Source of the DNA: Blautia sp.
GTDB lineage: Bacteria; Bacillota; Clostridia; Lachnospirales; Lachnospiraceae
Length of the DNA: 64,000 nucleotides
Assembly (NCBI GenBank): GCA_023667395.1
Contig: JAMPAC010000003.1
Coordinates: 14,972-78,971, forward strand
Direction: 5' to 3'
The notes beneath the pieces are model-generated. The model did not search any database. It was not told the DNA's origin and saw nothing but the letters and a program-made list of their open reading frames with translations. The position numbers and the translations under genes were made by a program. Shown here one piece after another: positions 1 through 9,779 of this stretch (position 1 is the first letter of the stretch; every line of letters begins with the position of its first letter).

Positions 1-81
1 GCATATGCCGCTACGGAATGGGTTTCCTTTGAAAATAAATACATGCGTCATGACATCGGAAAGGCGATCGATGAGGCATGA
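1..81 (+). CDS. 3' end of an upstream CDS, product unknown (partial at window edge)
   Basis: Frame 1 is open from the window edge and ends at TGA 79-81 (...AYAATEWVSFENKYMRHDIGKAIDEA*). No start codon in window and no recognisable motif. Confidence 0.3.
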   Translation, partial: AYAATEWVSFENKYMRHDIGKAIDEA

Positions 82-122
82 AGGCGTTTTGGCAGATGCT
101 GTAGTGGGAGGATGGTGCTGAT

Positions 123-581
123 ATGGAAGATTTTGGTATGTTGGAGCAATACCATATACCCAAGGTCTGCAAGGAGTGCGGCGGGGTAATGATATTTAAG
201 GGCGTAGGGGAATACCGCTGTGAAATATGCGGGGCGGTGGAATATGATGATTATGGAAAAGTCAGGTTGTACATAGAAAAGCATCCCGGCGCCAACGCGG
301 CACAGGTGGAGGAAAAGACGGGGGTGTCGCAGAAGATAATCCGGCGTCTGCTGAAAGACGGCAGGATAGAAGTGGCGGAGGGATCCAAGTCTTTTCTCCG
401 CTGCGAAGTGTGCGGGAAAAGCATCCGGTCAGGGCAGTTCTGTCCGGAGTGTGAGAAAAAGGTACATAACAGGATTGAGGAACAGCAGCGCGCCCTTAAC
501 CAGAAGCGCGATAAATTTGTGGCTATGGGGCAGAAGGGCGATGAGGGGCAGCGTCGTTTCATGAGAAAGGACGGTTTCTGA
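123..581 (+). CDS. Small zinc-ribbon/HTH protein with YvyF-like architecture
   Basis: 152-aa ORF with GGGAGG SD at 106-111. Two Cys4 ribbons (CKECGG..CEICG and CEVCGK..CPEC) flank an HTH-like core, as in Firmicute YvyF/TIGR03826-type proteins. Confidence 0.6.
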   Translation: MEDFGMLEQYHIPKVCKECGGVMIFKGVGEYRCEICGAVEYDDYGKVRLYIEKHPGANAAQVEEKTGVSQKIIRRLLKDGRIEVAEGSKSFLRCEVCGKSIRSGQFCPECEKKVHNRIEEQQRALNQKRDKFVAMGQKGDEGQRRFMRKDGF

Positions 582-641
582 TAAGATTGCCATGAATCTG
601 TCATGGGACAGCAGAGATAAAGGGAATAGAGAGGAAAACTT

Positions 642-2138
642 ATGAGAAGAACAAAAGAATTGCAATGGAGATGGTATCTCCTGGCAGGCGCAGTGACGAT
701 AGGGATGATATTGCTGCTGGCATTATCGTCAGACAGATTTGCTATGGTCAGCCATGCGGAGAGTGCGGCAAAAGTAACCGCCACCAGCGCGAATATCAGG
801 AAAGAGCCCAGTTCGTCCAGTGCAACCATCGGCAGCACGGAAAAGGACAAAGTAATATCCATTAAGAGCCAGGTGCAGGGGGCTGACGGCTATACCTGGT
901 ACGAGGTATATGTAAATGCGGACACATTAGGCTACATCCGTTCCGACCTGGTACAGATCACGGACGGCACAACGCCTCCCACCGGCACGGCGCCTGCAGC
1001 TTCCACACCGGCGCCGGCTTCTGCAGCTACCCCCATACCGGATGAGCCTTTGGTGGATGTGACCGCAGTGAATCCTGCCAGCGCGTCTGTGACTGGCGGC
1101 GATTCCGTGCGGGTTCGTCAGAATGCTTCCACCACCAGCCGGATCCTGGACCAGGTAAAGAGCGGCATGGCGTTGACGATTACCGGCACGGCCGATGGCA
1201 AGGACGGAAAGGTATGGTATCAGGTGACATATTCTTCTAACGGCACGGAGACGACTGGTTTTATCCGTTCTGATTATACCACGGTGAAACCGGAAGACCT
1301 GACTCCTTATACGGAAGAGCCGTCCGCGGATGAGCCCACGGATACGGAAGAGCCGCCTGCGGATACGGAGGAACCGGCTCCTGCGGGAACAGAGGGATAT
1401 GGCGCTGTGTTTCAGAACGATAAGTGGTGGCTGGTCGATTATGAAGGGAAACATGCGGATGCTCCCGGCCAGGGATTTGAGATTGAGGAAATGTTTAACG
1501 CCGTAAGCCAGAATAAGACGCTGCTGGAAGAGAGCGAGAAGACTGTGAAGACGCAGAAGATCATCCTTGTCCTTATGGTGATTTTGCTGGTAGGCGCAGC
1601 GGCAGCTATTACATTGCTTATCTTTAAAGTAAAAGATATGACGGATGCACAGTATTTTAATGAAGTGGAAAGAGATACCATGAAACGCCGCAGTACCAGG
1701 CCTCAGGGCAGCGGACAGAAAACAGCGCAGACAGCGGGCGGCAGCAGACCGGCGGGAACACGTTCCGCAGGAGCCCAGGGACAGAGACCTCAGGGAAGCA
1801 GACCGGCAGGGGCATCACAGGGACAGAAGCCCCAGGGAAGCAGACCAGCAGGGGCGTCACAGGGGCAGAGACCTCAGGGAAGCAGACCGGCAGGGGCATC
1901 ACAGGGGACGAGACCGGCAGGGACCCAGGGACAGCAGCCGCATCCAGCGTCACAGGGAACAAGACCCTCCGGCACAGCCCAGGGACAGCAGCGTCCCGCG
2001 TCACAGGGGCAGAGACCCCAGGGCAACAGACCGGCCCAGGGACAGCAGTCGCCCGGGTGGCAGTCCAAGAATTTTATGGCGGATGAGGATGAGTTTGAGT
2101 TTGAATTCCTGAATTATGACGGGGACGAGCAGAAATAG
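642..2138 (+). CDS. Membrane protein with two SH3b-like domains and a Q/G/P/R-rich repeat tail
   Basis: 498 aa. N-terminal hydrophobic anchor and two SH3_3-like segments (ATSANIRKEPS...GYIRSDLV; VRVRQNAST...GFIRSDY). Second TM helix (IILVLMVILLVGAAAAITLLIF), then a low-complexity GSRPAGASQGQ tail. Confidence 0.75.
   Translation: MRRTKELQWRWYLLAGAVTIGMILLLALSSDRFAMVSHAESAAKVTATSANIRKEPSSSSATIGSTEKDKVISIKSQVQGADGYTWYEVYVNADTLGYIRSDLVQITDGTTPPTGTAPAASTPAPASAATPIPDEPLVDVTAVNPASASVTGGDSVRVRQNASTTSRILDQVKSGMALTITGTADGKDGKVWYQVTYSSNGTETTGFIRSDYTTVKPEDLTPYTEEPSADEPTDTEEPPADTEEPAPAGTEGYGAVFQNDKWWLVDYEGKHADAPGQGFEIEEMFNAVSQNKTLLEESEKTVKTQKIILVLMVILLVGAAAAITLLIFKVKDMTDAQYFNEVERDTMKRRSTRPQGSGQKTAQTAGGSRPAGTRSAGAQGQRPQGSRPAGASQGQKPQGSRPAGASQGQRPQGSRPAGASQGTRPAGTQGQQPHPASQGTRPSGTAQGQQRPASQGQRPQGNRPAQGQQSPGWQSKNFMADEDEFEFEFLNYDGDEQK
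1791..1912 (+). repeat. 42-bp in-frame tandem repeat, about 2.9 copies, inside the SH3b protein gene
   Basis: Units start at 1791, 1833 and 1875 (cagggaagcagacc[g/a]gcagggg...), encoding QGSRPAGASQGQ(K/R)P. Confidence 0.8.
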
Positions 2139-2157
2139 TTTTATGATGATCAGAGGA

Positions 2158-2195
2158 ACCGGAGACGCTGGCATGCAGGCGTCTCCGGTTTTCTG
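2158..2195 (+). terminator. Rho-independent terminator
   Basis: An 11-bp stem (accggagacgc / gcgtctccggt) with a 10-nt loop, followed by tttctgtggtttt. Confidence 0.7.
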
Positions 2196-2356
2196 TGGTT
2201 TTGGAACAGTTTCTGTTTCCCGTTCGCGCATATGGCGGGGACTTTGAGGCTAAACTGTTATATGTTGATTCCGGAAACAAAGGTTGACAGAAGTGATATC
2301 TGTGCTATGATAAGTATATCAAATGATCAGGGTACGATGGTTGAAAGGGGACCGGT

Positions 2357-2725
2357 ATGATAATAGAAGTGGATTTCAACAGTGATGAAGCGTTATATAT
2401 GCAGCTGTACAATCAGATCATCATGGGGATTGCCACCTCTCAGTTCCAGGAGGGCGATTCCCTGCCCAGCGTCCGGCAGATGGCGGATACCATCGGCATT
2501 AATATGCATACGGTGAACAAGGCCTATACGGTATTGAAGGAAGAGGGTTATGTCAAAGTGGACAGACGCAGGGGCGCCGTGATCGCCATTGATTCGGATC
2601 GTATGCGGACGCTTGCGGAACTGAAAAAGGAACTTCAGGTCATTCTGGCAAAGAGCACCTGCAAAAATATTTCCAAAGAAGAAATACATGAACTGATTGA
2701 AGAGATTTATCAGGACTATACTTAA
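2357..2725 (+). CDS. GntR-family (YhcF-like, short) transcriptional regulator
   Basis: 122 aa with a winged-HTH signature (LPSVRQMADTIGINMHTVNKAYTVLKEEGYV). Confidence 0.8.
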   Translation: MIIEVDFNSDEALYMQLYNQIIMGIATSQFQEGDSLPSVRQMADTIGINMHTVNKAYTVLKEEGYVKVDRRRGAVIAIDSDRMRTLAELKKELQVILAKSTCKNISKEEIHELIEEIYQDYT

Positions 2726-2743
2726 CAGACGGAGGTTTGATAT

Positions 2744-5182
2744 ATGCAGTCACGGTTTACAGACAAGGCACAGGAAGCGCTGTCCTACGCTTCCAAATGC
2801 GCGAGGAGCCTGAAACAGGGGTATGTGGGCACGGAACACATCCTGGTGGGGCTCCTGAAAGAGGAGTCCGGCGTGGCCTACAGAGTGTTGACGGATAACG
2901 GGGTAGAAGTGTCCGGCGTACTGGATATGATCCAGGAACTGATCGCCTTTGACAACGGTACTCCCGTAAAGGAAAGGGAGGGATATTCCCCCAGGGCCCG
3001 CAAGATCATAGAGGAGGCTCACAGACAGGCGGCCAGGTTCGGCCACAGGGAAACGGGCACGGAGCACCTTTTGATGGCGATCATCAAGGAGGGCGAAAAC
3101 GTGGCGGTGCGTCTCCTGAATACCCTTGGCGCCAATATCCAGAAAATCTATTCCGACACCCTGATCGCCATAGGGCAGGACGGGAATCTCTATAAGGAGG
3201 ATCTGGTAAGGAGGCCATCCGGAAAGGGAAAAGCTTCCGCCCTGAATCAGTTCAGCCGGGATCTTACTGCCATGGCGCGGGAGGGAAAGCTGGATCCGGT
3301 GATCGGAAGGGAAGACGAGATCCGCAGGCTGATCCAGATTTTAAGCCGCCGCACCAAGAACAATCCCTGTCTCATCGGGGAGCCCGGCGTGGGAAAGACC
3401 GCCGTGGTGGAGGGGCTGGCGCTTCGTATCGTGGAGGGGAAAGTTCCCGCCACGGTTAAGAATAAGCGGGTGATGACGCTGGATCTCTCCGGTATGGTGG
3501 CAGGCAGCAAATACCGGGGCGAGTTTGAGGAGAGGATCAAAAAGCTGATCCGGGAAGTCATAGAGGATGGCAATGTGATCCTGTTTCTGGATGAACTGCA
3601 TACCCTTATCGGGGCAGGCGGCGCGGAGGGGGCCATCGACGCTTCCAATATTTTAAAACCCTCCCTGGCCAGGGGGGAACTGCAGCTGATCGGGGCCACC
3701 ACCATTGTGGAATACCGCAAATATATCGAGAAAGACGCGGCGCTGGAGCGTCGTTTCCAGCCGGTGAACGTGGAGGAGCCCACGGAGGAGGAGGCCATCC
3801 GGATCCTGGAGGGTGTGAAAGGAAGATACGAGGAGCACCATCAGGTCAGCATCACCTCGGAGGCGGTGGAAGCGGCCGTCAGGCTGTCCGCCCGCTATAT
3901 CAATGACAGAAACCTGCCCGACAAGGCCATAGACCTGATCGACGAGGCGGCTGCCAGCGCAAGGCTTAAGGTCATGGATATGCCGGATAAGCAGAAAGAA
4001 CTGCTGGAGCAGATCAAGAAGATGGATCTCCAGATCGAACGTTCCATCCGCATGGAGGCATTCACCCAGGCGGCGGAGATCAAGCATAACCAGGATGAAC
4101 TGGTCAAAAAATACGAGCGCATGAAAAAGCGCAATGAAAATAAAGAGACCCTGCGGCAGTATTCCATCGGCGAGAACGAGATCGCCGAGGCCGTGGCGAT
4201 GTGGACGAAGATTCCTGTGCAGAAGCTGGCGCAGAAAGAGAGCGAGCGGCTGTTAAAGCTGGAAAGCGTGCTGCATAAGCGTGTGATCGGACAGGAGGAG
4301 GCCGTGACGGCGGTGGCAAAGGCCATGCGCCGGGGCAGGGTGGGGCTGAAAGATCCGAAACGCCCCATTGGTTCGTTTTTATTCCTGGGGCCTACCGGCG
4401 TGGGCAAGACGGAACTTTCCAAGGCTCTGGCGGAAGCCATGTTCGGCTCTGAGGAAGCCATCATCAGGGTGGATATGTCGGAGTATATGGAAGGCCATTC
4501 GGTGTCCAAGATGATCGGTTCGCCGCCTGGATACGTGGGTTTTGAAGAAGGGGGACAGCTTAGCGAGAAAGTGCGCAGGAACCCTTATTCCGTGGTGCTC
4601 TTTGACGAGATCGAGAAAGCCCATCCCGATGTGTTCAATATCCTGCTCCAGGTGCTGGACGACGGACATATCACGGATTCCAAGGGCAGGAAGGTAAGCT
4701 TTAAGAATACCATCCTGATCATGACCTCCAACGCGGGGGCGCAGCGGATCGTGGATCCGAAGAATCTGGGTTTTGCCTCCGTCAGTGACGCGAAGAAGGA
4801 CTATGAGAAGATGAAATCAGGCGTCATGGAAGAGGTCAAGCGCAGCTTTAAGCCGGAGTTTATCAACAGGATCGATGAGATCATCGTATTCCACCAGCTG
4901 AGCGGCGAGGATATGAAATCCATTGTGAATCTGCTGGCGGTCAACCTGACGAAACGCTGCGAGGCGCAGATGGATATTCATTTAAGCTTGACTTCTTCCC
5001 TGAAAGAGCATCTGGTGGAGAAGTACGCGGACAACAAGATGGGGGCGCGGCCTTTGAAGAGGGCCATCCAGTCGGTGGTGGAGGACGCCCTGGCGGAGGA
5101 GATCCTGATGAAGAAAGTCCAGCCGGGTGATGCGGTGTCCGCAGGCTTTAAGAACGGGAAAGTGTGCTTTACTGTTAAGTAA
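2744..5182 (+). CDS. clpC: ATP-dependent Clp protease ATP-binding subunit ClpC
   Basis: 812 aa. Clp_N repeats and two AAA+ modules with Walker A GEPGVGKT and GPTGVGKT. Located upstream of radA, as in Firmicutes. Confidence 0.95.
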   Translation: MQSRFTDKAQEALSYASKCARSLKQGYVGTEHILVGLLKEESGVAYRVLTDNGVEVSGVLDMIQELIAFDNGTPVKEREGYSPRARKIIEEAHRQAARFGHRETGTEHLLMAIIKEGENVAVRLLNTLGANIQKIYSDTLIAIGQDGNLYKEDLVRRPSGKGKASALNQFSRDLTAMAREGKLDPVIGREDEIRRLIQILSRRTKNNPCLIGEPGVGKTAVVEGLALRIVEGKVPATVKNKRVMTLDLSGMVAGSKYRGEFEERIKKLIREVIEDGNVILFLDELHTLIGAGGAEGAIDASNILKPSLARGELQLIGATTIVEYRKYIEKDAALERRFQPVNVEEPTEEEAIRILEGVKGRYEEHHQVSITSEAVEAAVRLSARYINDRNLPDKAIDLIDEAAASARLKVMDMPDKQKELLEQIKKMDLQIERSIRMEAFTQAAEIKHNQDELVKKYERMKKRNENKETLRQYSIGENEIAEAVAMWTKIPVQKLAQKESERLLKLESVLHKRVIGQEEAVTAVAKAMRRGRVGLKDPKRPIGSFLFLGPTGVGKTELSKALAEAMFGSEEAIIRVDMSEYMEGHSVSKMIGSPPGYVGFEEGGQLSEKVRRNPYSVVLFDEIEKAHPDVFNILLQVLDDGHITDSKGRKVSFKNTILIMTSNAGAQRIVDPKNLGFASVSDAKKDYEKMKSGVMEEVKRSFKPEFINRIDEIIVFHQLSGEDMKSIVNLLAVNLTKRCEAQMDIHLSLTSSLKEHLVEKYADNKMGARPLKRAIQSVVEDALAEEILMKKVQPGDAVSAGFKNGKVCFTVK

Positions 5183-5279
5183 AAATTTACAAAAATTTTG
5201 TGGATTAATGCCGCACTTTATATTATACTGTAGATATAGCCGGAGTGTTTCGGCTACTAAATAACAGGAGGATATACAC

Positions 5280-5693
5280 ATGGCAGTTGTGGAAGAATTG
5301 CTCCGCAGTGAGGGGAGCGGCGCAATCAGTTTTGGCAATCACAAATTACCCCGGAAAGCGAAGGTGGAGGATTACAAGCATGCAGGAGACCTGCTGAAGG
5401 TCAAGACTTACAATGAGATCACCAAGCTTGAGAAGAACGGGATGTTCCTTTACGAGTCGGTGCCCGGCACCAGCGTGCAGGACTTTATGGAGAAGGAAGA
5501 CGGCGTGGAGTTTGTGGTGGAGGGCGACGAGGACGCACAGATCACCATCGGACTGGACGACGATACCGAGTACGAGGTGTTCGTAGGGGGCAAGAGCACC
5601 GGGACCATGAAGACGGGTCTGGGCGGCAAGCTTTCTCTCAGCGTGGAATTGGGAGCCGTGGGTGAGATACCCGTAAGGATTGTGCGTGTGTAA
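5280..5693 (+). CDS. Hypothetical protein
   Basis: 137-aa ORF with AGGAGG SD and coding-like composition. No motif recognised. Confidence 0.6.
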   Translation: MAVVEELLRSEGSGAISFGNHKLPRKAKVEDYKHAGDLLKVKTYNEITKLEKNGMFLYESVPGTSVQDFMEKEDGVEFVVEGDEDAQITIGLDDDTEYEVFVGGKSTGTMKTGLGGKLSLSVELGAVGEIPVRIVRV

Positions 5694-5718
5694 AAATAGA
5701 CATACCGGAATCGAAATA

Positions 5719-5762
5719 GACTGTGCGGGGCGGGCAGCGGCTTACCCCGCACAGTCAATTTA
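5719..5762 (+). terminator. Rho-independent terminator
   Basis: A 12-bp stem (gactgtgcgggg / ccccgcacagtc) followed by aatttat. Confidence 0.6.
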
Positions 5763-5764
5763 TG

Positions 5765-5887
5765 TTGGAATAGAAAAACAGTCTCGAAACGGAAGCACCC
5801 GAAAGAAATTTTCAGCTGCGTTCTTTGCAGATGAAATTTCTTTCAGAGCAGGGGGGCTGAAGTGCAGAGACGGAACTGGAATAGGAG
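5765..5887 (+). repeat. Dispersed repeat family A, copy 1
   Basis: Shares aaaaacagtctcgaaa, the gaaagaaattt...aaatttctttc hairpin and ctgaagtg.agaga.gg.actggaataggag with the copies at 48890, 53384 and 62293. Its 3' GGAG is the radA SD. Confidence 0.85.
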
Positions 5888-5893
5888 ATTTTT

Positions 5894-7270
5894 ATGGCAA
5901 AAAAACCATCATCCGTATTTTTCTGTCAGAACTGCGGCTATGAGTCATCCAAGTGGATGGGGCAGTGCCCGGGGTGCAGGGAATGGAATTCTTTCGTGGA
6001 GGAAACGGTGGCGAAGACGCCCCACATGGGGGTGGCAGCGGCCCCGTCGATGAGGCGGGCGCAGAAGAACGCCCCCAGTATCTTGTCGGAGATCAAAATA
6101 AAGGAGGAGGATAAATTGTCCACCGGCATGGGGGAACTGGACCGGGTTCTGGGCGGGGGGATCGTGCGTGGCTCGCTGACCCTGGTGGGCGGCGATCCCG
6201 GCATCGGCAAATCCACGCTGCTGCTGCAGGTGTGCAGGAACCTTTCTTCCGACGGGCATAAGATCTTATACATATCCGGGGAGGAATCCCTGGCCCAGAT
6301 CAAGATGCGGGCGGACAGGATCGGGGAATTTACCGACAATATGCTGCTTTTGTGCGAGACAAACCTGGACGAGATCGCGGAGGTGATCCGCCAGAGGCAG
6401 CCGGAGGCGGTGGTCATCGACTCCATCCAGACCATGTATAACGAAGCGGTTTCGGCGGCTCCCGGCAGCGTGTCCCAGGTCAGGGAATCCACCGGCATCC
6501 TGCTGCAGCTGGCAAAGGGGTTGGGGGTTTCCGTGATGATAGTGGGGCATGTGACGAAAGAGGGGACCGTGGCGGGTCCCAGGGTGCTGGAGCATATGGT
6601 GGACACCGTGCTCTATTTTGAAGGGGACCGACACGCCTCCTACCGTATCCTGCGGGGGGTGAAGAATCGTTTCGGCTCCACCAATGAGATTGGGGTCTTT
6701 GAGATGCAGGAGCAGGGGCTTGTGGAAGTGCAGAATGCCTCCGAATATATGCTCAACGGCCGGCCCGAGGGAGCCAGCGGGTCGGTGGTGGTATGTACCA
6801 TGGAAGGGACAAGGCCGCTCCTGATCGAGATCCAGGCGCTGGTATGCCACAGTAATTTTGGGATCCCCAGACGGCAGACCACCGGAACGGATTTCAACAG
6901 GGTGAACCTGCTGATGGCTGTGCTGGAAAAGCGTTCCGGCGTGCAGCTGGGAAGCTGCGACGCCTATGTGAACATCACGGGGGGTATGAAAGTGGCGGAA
7001 CCGGCCATCGACCTGGGAATCATCCTGGCCATTCTTTCCAGCTTTAAGAATCAGCCCTTGAATCCGAGACTGATCGCTTTCGGAGAGGTGGGGCTGAGCG
7101 GCGAGGTGCGCGCCGTCAGTCAGGCGGCGCAACGTGTGGCTGAGGCGGAGAAGCTGGGTTTTGATACCTGCATCCTGCCCGCTGTGTGCGCGGAGGACTG
7201 CAGGAAACGCAGTAAGATCAGGATTATCGGGGTGAGAACGGTGCAGGACGCCATGAGCCGGATCTTTTGA
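5894..7270 (+). CDS. radA: DNA repair protein RadA/Sms
   Basis: 458 aa. C4 zinc finger (CQNCGYESSKWMGQCPGC), Walker A GDPGIGKST, KNRFG motif and a Lon-like C-terminal domain. Confidence 0.95.
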   Translation: MAKKPSSVFFCQNCGYESSKWMGQCPGCREWNSFVEETVAKTPHMGVAAAPSMRRAQKNAPSILSEIKIKEEDKLSTGMGELDRVLGGGIVRGSLTLVGGDPGIGKSTLLLQVCRNLSSDGHKILYISGEESLAQIKMRADRIGEFTDNMLLLCETNLDEIAEVIRQRQPEAVVIDSIQTMYNEAVSAAPGSVSQVRESTGILLQLAKGLGVSVMIVGHVTKEGTVAGPRVLEHMVDTVLYFEGDRHASYRILRGVKNRFGSTNEIGVFEMQEQGLVEVQNASEYMLNGRPEGASGSVVVCTMEGTRPLLIEIQALVCHSNFGIPRRQTTGTDFNRVNLLMAVLEKRSGVQLGSCDAYVNITGGMKVAEPAIDLGIILAILSSFKNQPLNPRLIAFGEVGLSGEVRAVSQAAQRVAEAEKLGFDTCILPAVCAEDCRKRSKIRIIGVRTVQDAMSRIF

Positions 7271-7362
7271 CCTGATGTGTTGAATGGCAAATATACAGTG
7301 TTTTGTTCAAAATATCTTGATTCTTAAGTAGAAAAAACTTTTATTTAGTGGTAAATTTTTTA

Positions 7363-7382
7363 CAGTGTTTTGCAAAACACTG
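7363..7382. promoter_or_regulatory. Perfect 20-bp palindrome, candidate operator upstream of the MATE gene
   Basis: cagtgttttgcaaaacactg is its own reverse complement. The half-site acagtgttttg recurs at 7295-7305. Confidence 0.4.
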
Positions 7383-7438
7383 ATAAAGCGAAGGAAAGAA
7401 ACTGTCCATTGGGACAGTAAGAGGCGAAGAAATATCTT

Positions 7439-8902
7439 ATGGCGAAAACAGGAAGCGCATCTCTTTCTGAGAAAGACAGGAAATTCAGGGAATTTGCATT
7501 GACGGGAAATTTGTGGCGGGTCATTTTTTATGTCTGCGTGCCGCTGGCTTTTTTTCAATTTATCAATCATCTCTTTAATATCCTGGATACCATGATGGCT
7601 TCCCATGTCAGCGCGCTGGCAGTGTCGGCGGTGGCATATCTGTCCCAGCTGCAGAACATGATCTCGGCGGTGGGGGGCGGCCTGGCGGCGGGCAGCACCC
7701 TGAAGATCAGCGAGGCATACGGGGCGGGGGATTACAGGATGGTGAAGAAGCGGCTGAGCACCCTGCTTGCGATCTGCGGCGGCATTTCGCTGGCTGTCCT
7801 CTGCCTGATTCCTTTTTCCTCCGGGCTGCTCCGGCTGTTTGGGACGCCGGAGGACTTTATCGCGGTAGGGGCCAGGTACTTTTCCGTCACACTGTTTTCC
7901 ACGGTGTTGAGTTTTTTTAATAATGTCTATATCGCCATTGAACGTTCCAGGGGCAATTCCAGGCGGATCCTGAAACTGAACATGTTCGTGGTTACGTTAA
8001 AGCTGGTTCTGACGGCAATCTTTATCTACGGGCTGAACGGGGACATCACCATGATAGCGGTGGCTACGGTGATTTCCCAGGTATTCCTGTTCGTGATGGC
8101 CATAAAGAACCTGTGCGCCGGGGACGACGCCTTTACCTTTGACCGCACGAGCATTGCCTTTAAGCGGCAGGTGGTGGCTCCCATGCTGAATCTGTCGTTT
8201 CCGGTGATCGTGGAGAAAGTGGCGTTTTCCTTTGGCAAGACGGTGGTGAATTCCATGAGCAAGAATTATGGTTCTACCACGGTGGGCGCGTTGGGGATCT
8301 CCAACAATATCAACGGTATGGTGACCGGCATCCACAACGGTTTCCAGGACGGCGGATCCTCCATCATCAGCCAGAATCTGGGGGCGGGGAATACGAAGCG
8401 CGCGCTGGGAACATTCTGGCGCCTGGCAGCCATCAACGCTGCCATCGGCGCGGTGGGACTGATTATATTGAACGTGTTCCTTGGGCCGATCACATGGCTT
8501 TTTGCAAACAGCACCGAGGGCTTTAACGAGGAGTTCCAGCAGCTGATCATGCATGTGTTCCGCTATGAGGCGCTGGGAGGCTGCATCCCCTTGGGAATCA
8601 ACGCCGCCTGTATGGCGCTGCTGTTCGGCTTTGGCAAGACGAAGCTGACGCTGGTATGTAATTTCAGCCGGGTATTTGTCTTCCGCATTCCCATCCTCTG
8701 GGCGCTGCAGAACTTTACGCGCCTGGGCAGCGAGAGCGTGGGTATTGTCATGGCGGCCAGCAACATCCTGACGGCAATGTTATCCTTTACGATCGTTATG
8801 CTGGTGATCCATAGGGTGAAAAAGGCGGAAAACGTGGAAAGGACGGAAAGCGTGGAGAGGACAGAGGGCGCTGAGCCGGAGGAGCAGGTTACTTCGGAGT
8901 GA
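7439..8902 (+). CDS. MATE-family efflux transporter
   Basis: 487 aa, about 12 predicted TM helices, typical MATE N-terminus (L..P....Q.......D..M), acidic C-terminal tail. Confidence 0.8.
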   Translation: MAKTGSASLSEKDRKFREFALTGNLWRVIFYVCVPLAFFQFINHLFNILDTMMASHVSALAVSAVAYLSQLQNMISAVGGGLAAGSTLKISEAYGAGDYRMVKKRLSTLLAICGGISLAVLCLIPFSSGLLRLFGTPEDFIAVGARYFSVTLFSTVLSFFNNVYIAIERSRGNSRRILKLNMFVVTLKLVLTAIFIYGLNGDITMIAVATVISQVFLFVMAIKNLCAGDDAFTFDRTSIAFKRQVVAPMLNLSFPVIVEKVAFSFGKTVVNSMSKNYGSTTVGALGISNNINGMVTGIHNGFQDGGSSIISQNLGAGNTKRALGTFWRLAAINAAIGAVGLIILNVFLGPITWLFANSTEGFNEEFQQLIMHVFRYEALGGCIPLGINAACMALLFGFGKTKLTLVCNFSRVFVFRIPILWALQNFTRLGSESVGIVMAASNILTAMLSFTIVMLVIHRVKKAENVERTESVERTEGAEPEEQVTSE

Positions 8903-9467
8903 GCCTGTCATACTGAACCTGGGAGATGCCTGTTGACAGGTATGTTTTTTCCTTGTAGAGCATTGTGTGGACAGCCTGTCCCCTGGTGTAATCTATTTGC
9001 TCTTTTGGGAAAAAGGAACGACAGAAATATTGTCCGGTATCGTCCTGCCTTGCGAGAAATATGTAAATGTCGTTTTCGGCAAAGGGGGTGGATAGCAGAT
9101 AGTCCGCTTCGATAAGGGAAAAGTGATTCAGTTTTTTGTTATAACGGAAAATCAACCGATTCTGGTCCAGAAGTGATTCTATTCGTGCGAGAGGCTGGAA
9201 TCGCTTTTCAATCAGGTGTAAATAGCGGCTTTTGGAAATCGTTTCGTAAGTAGTTTTTCCTGCAAGGATTTCATCAAAAGCGGCGCTTCGGCTTTGGGTG
9301 GCAATTCGTAAATCCTTTAGTTTTCCCAGCCCCATCAGGTGGTGAAAGTCAAGTTTTGAAAAGCGAATGCAAAGATCTGCGGTTTTTCCCTTCCGTCCAA
9401 TGACAATGCGATATTGTACGTCCAGCAATTTTTCATATGCACAGGCGCAAGTTTTAAGTCGATCCAT
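8889..9467 (-). CDS. PBECR4-like (Barnase/EndoU/RelE-fold) predicted nuclease-domain protein
   Basis: 192 aa from ATG 9467 (SD AGGAAGG 8 nt upstream). The longer ORF start at 9548 has no SD. The FSKLDFHHLMGLGKLKDL block resembles PBECR4-family proteins. The 3' end overlaps the MATE gene by 14 nt, convergently. Confidence 0.55.
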   Translation of the reverse strand: MDRLKTCACAYEKLLDVQYRIVIGRKGKTADLCIRFSKLDFHHLMGLGKLKDLRIATQSRSAAFDEILAGKTTYETISKSRYLHLIEKRFQPLARIESLLDQNRLIFRYNKKLNHFSLIEADYLLSTPFAENDIYIFLARQDDTGQYFCRSFFPKEQIDYTRGQAVHTMLYKEKTYLSTGISQVQYDRLTPK

Positions 9468-9680
9468 AATATGATCCTTCCTGTTATGTAAAAGACCGCC
9501 TTGCGAACACAAAGCGGCCTTGGGCATTTTCTTTCGACAGAAACCCATGGATAATCTGCCTACTCCGGTTTGAGGTTATTGCGCAACCCCTACTGAAAAC
9601 TCCGCATGGCAAGGCTTTCCGGTACGCTGCCACGTTTCAACGTTTTGACAGACACACGCCGTTGCCTGTCTGATAATATT

Positions 9681-9709
9681 ATTATATGTATATAATAAAA
9701 TTATGTCAA
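9681..9709 (-). promoter_or_regulatory. Consensus sigma-A promoter for the PBECR4-like gene
   Basis: The minus strand reads TTGACA, a 17-nt spacer, then TATAAT (plus-strand tgtcaa 9704-9709 and attata 9681-9686). This implies a leader of about 200 nt. Confidence 0.65.
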
Positions 9710-9779
9710 CATTTTTTTTGCTGAACTGTTACGGAAATGTTGATATAGTGGTGAATTATGTGGAATTATGCGGTTTCAT

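Noticed and set aside
1657-2280. Several 64-115-aa minus-strand ORFs under the SH3b protein tail
   Set aside because: They are shadows of the Q/G/P/R-rich tandem-repeat coding region, with Pro/Cys-rich nonsense composition.
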